Below are positions 61,187 through 64,000 of a stretch of 64,000 bases of DNA, one piece after another; the first letter of the stretch is position 1, and every line of letters begins with the position of its first letter. The position numbers and the translations under genes were made by a program. Below the pieces are notes generated by a model. That model ran no database searches and was not told the DNA's origin. It saw nothing but the letters and a program-made list of their open reading frames with translations. The DNA comes from Nitrospirota bacterium. Its GTDB lineage: Bacteria; Nitrospirota; Thermodesulfovibrionia; Thermodesulfovibrionales; UBA9159. The stretch is from assembly GCA_021790195.1 (NCBI GenBank), contig JAJYIF010000003.1, positions 4,459 to 68,458 of the forward strand, read 5' to 3'.

Positions 61187-61309
61187 TCAGCTCTTTCAGC
61201 TCTTTCACTTGTGGCATACCTTGCCAGGATTTTCCTTCACCGCCTTCCTGAAATCGCTCCAGAAAGCTGCCTCCTTGACAAGAGCCTCTTTGCTCAATGC
61301 CTTCTTCAT
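61187..61309 (-). CDS. Putative selenocysteine-containing RiPP precursor peptide, MKKALSKEALVKEAAFWSDFRKAVKENPGKVCHK-U-KS-U-KS*
   Basis: RBS AAGGAGGT; in-frame TGA at 61207, 61198 and 61189 in register with Cys32 (C-x-x-U-x-x-U); SECIS immediately downstream; rSAM/SPASM gene follows. Confidence 0.75.
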
Positions 61310-61394
61310 CCTGCTCCACCTCCTTTCTTCCCTGCTGATGAGGGATTCATGGAATAAAGCGATGCCGTATGGGAAAGGCATTGCTTCTTCCTAT

Positions 61395-61422
61395 ATGCTA
61401 GCATGCGTCCTATACCTGTCAA
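61395..61422 (-). promoter_or_regulatory. sigma70-type promoter for the peptide-rSAM operon
   Basis: TTGACA-16 nt-TAGCAT with an extended -10 TG. Confidence 0.55.
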
Positions 61423-61532
61423 CTTTCCTAACCTCCCGCATGGATCGGCCCCGATGGCGCACGGCTCCGGCCCGGCGCAGCCATGGGTACACCTGCAGAC
61501 AAAGGTGTCATATGCATTCCGGCAATCAGGTC

Positions 61533-63554
61533 TCACTCCCGTCCGTCTCCCACGATGGACGCCCCGCAGTGAGGACAAACCTTTACTTTCCGAAACTTGT
61601 CGAGATACTCGCGCACCGTGGCCACGACCGCCGCATGACTCCATGTCAGCGGCGATACCGAGAGGGGCTGGTTGGTAAAGGGATTCACCTGCTCGGCAAG
61701 GACACCGGAAGGCAATCCCCTCTCGCAGACCCACTCTATGAGGGAAAGGGCCTCTTTCAGCTCTTCTTCATTGCGGGCCCTAGCAACATGCCACTGGGCA
61801 AGCCAAAGGGTGCATATGAACCAGGGGTTCCCCGGGACGTCAATGATATTGTCGGATACCTTATGGTAGCCGTCACCTTCATATCTGGCTATGCCGCCGA
61901 CATCGGTCTTTACCCACAAGCGATCTCTTACGGCCCTCATGGTATTCTCGACCCGCTCGTCCCGCGGTCCAAAAGCACCGAAGTAGAAAGGAGCATAGAC
62001 GCTCGCGTCGATTGTCGGGTCGATTTCGAATGAGCCGTTTCCACGGAAGATGACCGTCTTGAGGAACCTGCCGAGTTCCCGGCTGTAGAGAAACCTGTCC
62101 ATCGAATCCCTCACCTCTTCCGCGGCCATTTCGTACTTCCGCGCCCTCTCCGTCTCTCCGAAGAAAGCTGCGAATTTCTCCGCGGACTTCAGTCCGGCGA
62201 AGACAGCCGATACGGTGAAGGTGTGGACTCCCCTCTTCTCTTCCCATAGATCGTAAGACGGCAGGGGAAGCCCGGTCGCGCCGTCCCTGTACGATACGAG
62301 AAAATCCGCGCACCTGACCACGAGGTTCTCATACATCCTGACGGCGAACTCGATATCTCTGTACCGCTCGAAGTGTGACCACATGGCCCAAAGCACGAGA
62401 CCGGTGCCGTCTTCCTGAATAGGGAGATGCTTTTCGCCGCCGCTGATCCATGGGTGCCACGAACTGCCGAGGCAGCCGTCCGGGTTATATTTATGCAGAA
62501 AGAAGCCTTCCGACTCCTTGCCCTCGCTGACTATGTCGAGGCAGAATTCGAAGAATCTCCTCGTGACCCCGAGATGACCGGCCAGGTCGAGGGCATAGGC
62601 GGTAAAGGCGCCGTCCCTCGGCCACATGTAGCTGTAGGTGTCTCTGGCAAAATGCTGTATGTCCGAATCATTGGCCGCGATGACCGCGCCGTGGCTGTCT
62701 ATGTTTGTCCTGAGTATAAGAAGACTGAGCTTATACATTTCCCTTATGCGCAGAGGAAGGGTCGAAAGAGAGAGGTCCTCCTTGCCCGTCCATGCCTTCC
62801 AGTAATTTGCGGTCCGCTGCAGGAAATAGTCGGGGCCGCGCTTCAGTAGCATGCCGTTCAGTCCGCTCACCTCCGCATAATTCTTTCCGGCTGCTATCCA
62901 GTAATAAAGCGTTTCCTCTTCACCGGGACCCACCTTTATCCCGAAAGAAAGCGCGGAATCTACGGAGCCCTGCGATATCGGGTTCCCCTCAAGAAGGCCG
63001 TCTTCAGCGTCCTTCCACGTCCCCTCCATCCCGCGGAATTCCTTGACGCCGGTGGCATACTGGTCCACTCCGTAGAAGCCGTTGCGCAGGCCGCTCATGA
63101 GGAAATAGCGGTTTCCCTTGTAATGGATAACAGCCTTCTCGTCGGGATCGTAATACGCAGTGTCGCCTGTCGGGGACCCGAGGATATGATAGTCATGGTG
63201 GAAAAAGATCCTGAATTCCCTTTCAGCGCCGGAAAGGTTTTTCAAAGATATTCGCTTTATGTAGATGTTTTCCTTATAATCGACGCTGTCGCTGCAGCGG
63301 AGATGTATTCGCAATGACCTGCTTTCTGCTGTGACGCGGGTCACAAGGGTGTCCTCTTCATAGGCGAGAGTCAGGTCCCAGTCGCTGCTCCGCACCCATG
63401 AAAGTCTGCCGTCGACCCAGACGCCGAAGCGGAATCTGTGCCCGTCTGTGTGGTTCTCCTGTCCGACATAAGGATAATACAGGTCTCTCAGACAATAGTC
63501 GCCGTCGAAGGCGATAAGAAGATTCCCGTTTCCGACGGGTATGTCCCTCGGCAT
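61533..63554 (-). CDS. Glycoside hydrolase family 15 protein
   Basis: Motifs GNG.LL..D, YSYMWPRD, YDLWEE, GIARYE.D.Y, PLTWSHA. Confidence 0.9.
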   Translation of the reverse strand: MPRDIPVGNGNLLIAFDGDYCLRDLYYPYVGQENHTDGHRFRFGVWVDGRLSWVRSSDWDLTLAYEEDTLVTRVTAESRSLRIHLRCSDSVDYKENIYIKRISLKNLSGAEREFRIFFHHDYHILGSPTGDTAYYDPDEKAVIHYKGNRYFLMSGLRNGFYGVDQYATGVKEFRGMEGTWKDAEDGLLEGNPISQGSVDSALSFGIKVGPGEEETLYYWIAAGKNYAEVSGLNGMLLKRGPDYFLQRTANYWKAWTGKEDLSLSTLPLRIREMYKLSLLILRTNIDSHGAVIAANDSDIQHFARDTYSYMWPRDGAFTAYALDLAGHLGVTRRFFEFCLDIVSEGKESEGFFLHKYNPDGCLGSSWHPWISGGEKHLPIQEDGTGLVLWAMWSHFERYRDIEFAVRMYENLVVRCADFLVSYRDGATGLPLPSYDLWEEKRGVHTFTVSAVFAGLKSAEKFAAFFGETERARKYEMAAEEVRDSMDRFLYSRELGRFLKTVIFRGNGSFEIDPTIDASVYAPFYFGAFGPRDERVENTMRAVRDRLWVKTDVGGIARYEGDGYHKVSDNIIDVPGNPWFICTLWLAQWHVARARNEEELKEALSLIEWVCERGLPSGVLAEQVNPFTNQPLSVSPLTWSHAAVVATVREYLDKFRKVKVCPHCGASIVGDGRE

Positions 63555-63642
63555 GGCAAATGACCTCCCCGAAAAAAATCGAAAAATGACGGTCGTTTCA
63601 CCGGGAAGGAAACAGTCGGCCTGACAGTCCTTCCCGATGAAG

Positions 63643-63990
63643 TTACTTTTTTTTCTTCTTACCCAGCGACTTTATATAAGCCACGATGTCAGCCATCTGA
63701 GCGGACTTAACGTCGAGCGCCTTGCCCCTGTTGGCGTTTACGATGCATAGGTTTATCGCTTCCTCCAGTGTCCTTGTCTTTCCGGCAGGAGTGCTCCATT
63801 CCTTCTGCATGCCGGCATCCTCCAGTCCCTTTCCGCCGGGATGACAGAAATTGCAGGAAGTCGATCCGCCGAACGCCTTCGGGTTATTAAACAGCGCCTT
63901 TCCTTTTGCGGCATTACCCGCAGCAAAGGAAGCCGGCGCCATTAAACCTAACGCAAGAAATGACATCAATAATGTCCTGAGCAGCTTCAT
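63643..63990 (-). CDS. Monoheme c-type cytochrome
   Basis: Signal peptide; G..LF and CNFCH heme motif. Confidence 0.85.
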   Translation of the reverse strand: MKLLRTLLMSFLALGLMAPASFAAGNAAKGKALFNNPKAFGGSTSCNFCHPGGKGLEDAGMQKEWSTPAGKTRTLEEAINLCIVNANRGKALDVKSAQMADIVAYIKSLGKKKKK

Positions 63991-64000
63991 ATCATTCACC

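Noticed and set aside
61056-61319. 87-aa ORF in the track (MEQDEEG...)
   Set aside because: Its GTG start overlaps the SD sequence of the Sec-peptide, which is in another frame with a properly spaced RBS and SECIS; likely a shadow ORF.

Overview
A GC-rich bacterial chromosome segment. Gene content and style suggest a Nitrospirota/Thermodesulfovibrionia-like or deltaproteobacteria-like anaerobe (inference only). Most of it is housekeeping and metabolic: an IorAB-type molybdoenzyme with XdhC, yajQ, glgC, pgk, a UvrD-like helicase, a P-type ATPase, larB, gpsA, dxs, ispA, guaAB, purM, miaB, mtaB, copCD, a superoxide dismutase and a GH15/glucose dehydrogenase/sugar porter cluster. Several things are missed by the ORF track. 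(1) A small minus-strand gene (61309-61187) encodes a peptide ending C-H-K-UGA-K-S-UGA-K-S-UGA. It is followed by an fdhF-like SECIS hairpin and lies directly upstream of a radical SAM/SPASM enzyme, making it a candidate multi-selenocysteine RiPP system. (2) A YeeE/YedE transporter has its second conserved GGC cysteine encoded by UGA with a SECIS-like hairpin; it sits in a sigma54-type operon with USP genes. (3) A probable chromosomal dif site at 40383-40410 is immediately followed by an AT-richer, integrase-less array of attC-bounded cassettes (TIR-like protein, HEAT protein, hicBA). (4) There are several deletion relics (a cas6 fragment, a mini-USP, a REC/GGDEF fusion) and a 20-bp palindrome nested in two unrelated hairpin elements. 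All assignments were made by eye from motifs; no searches were run.
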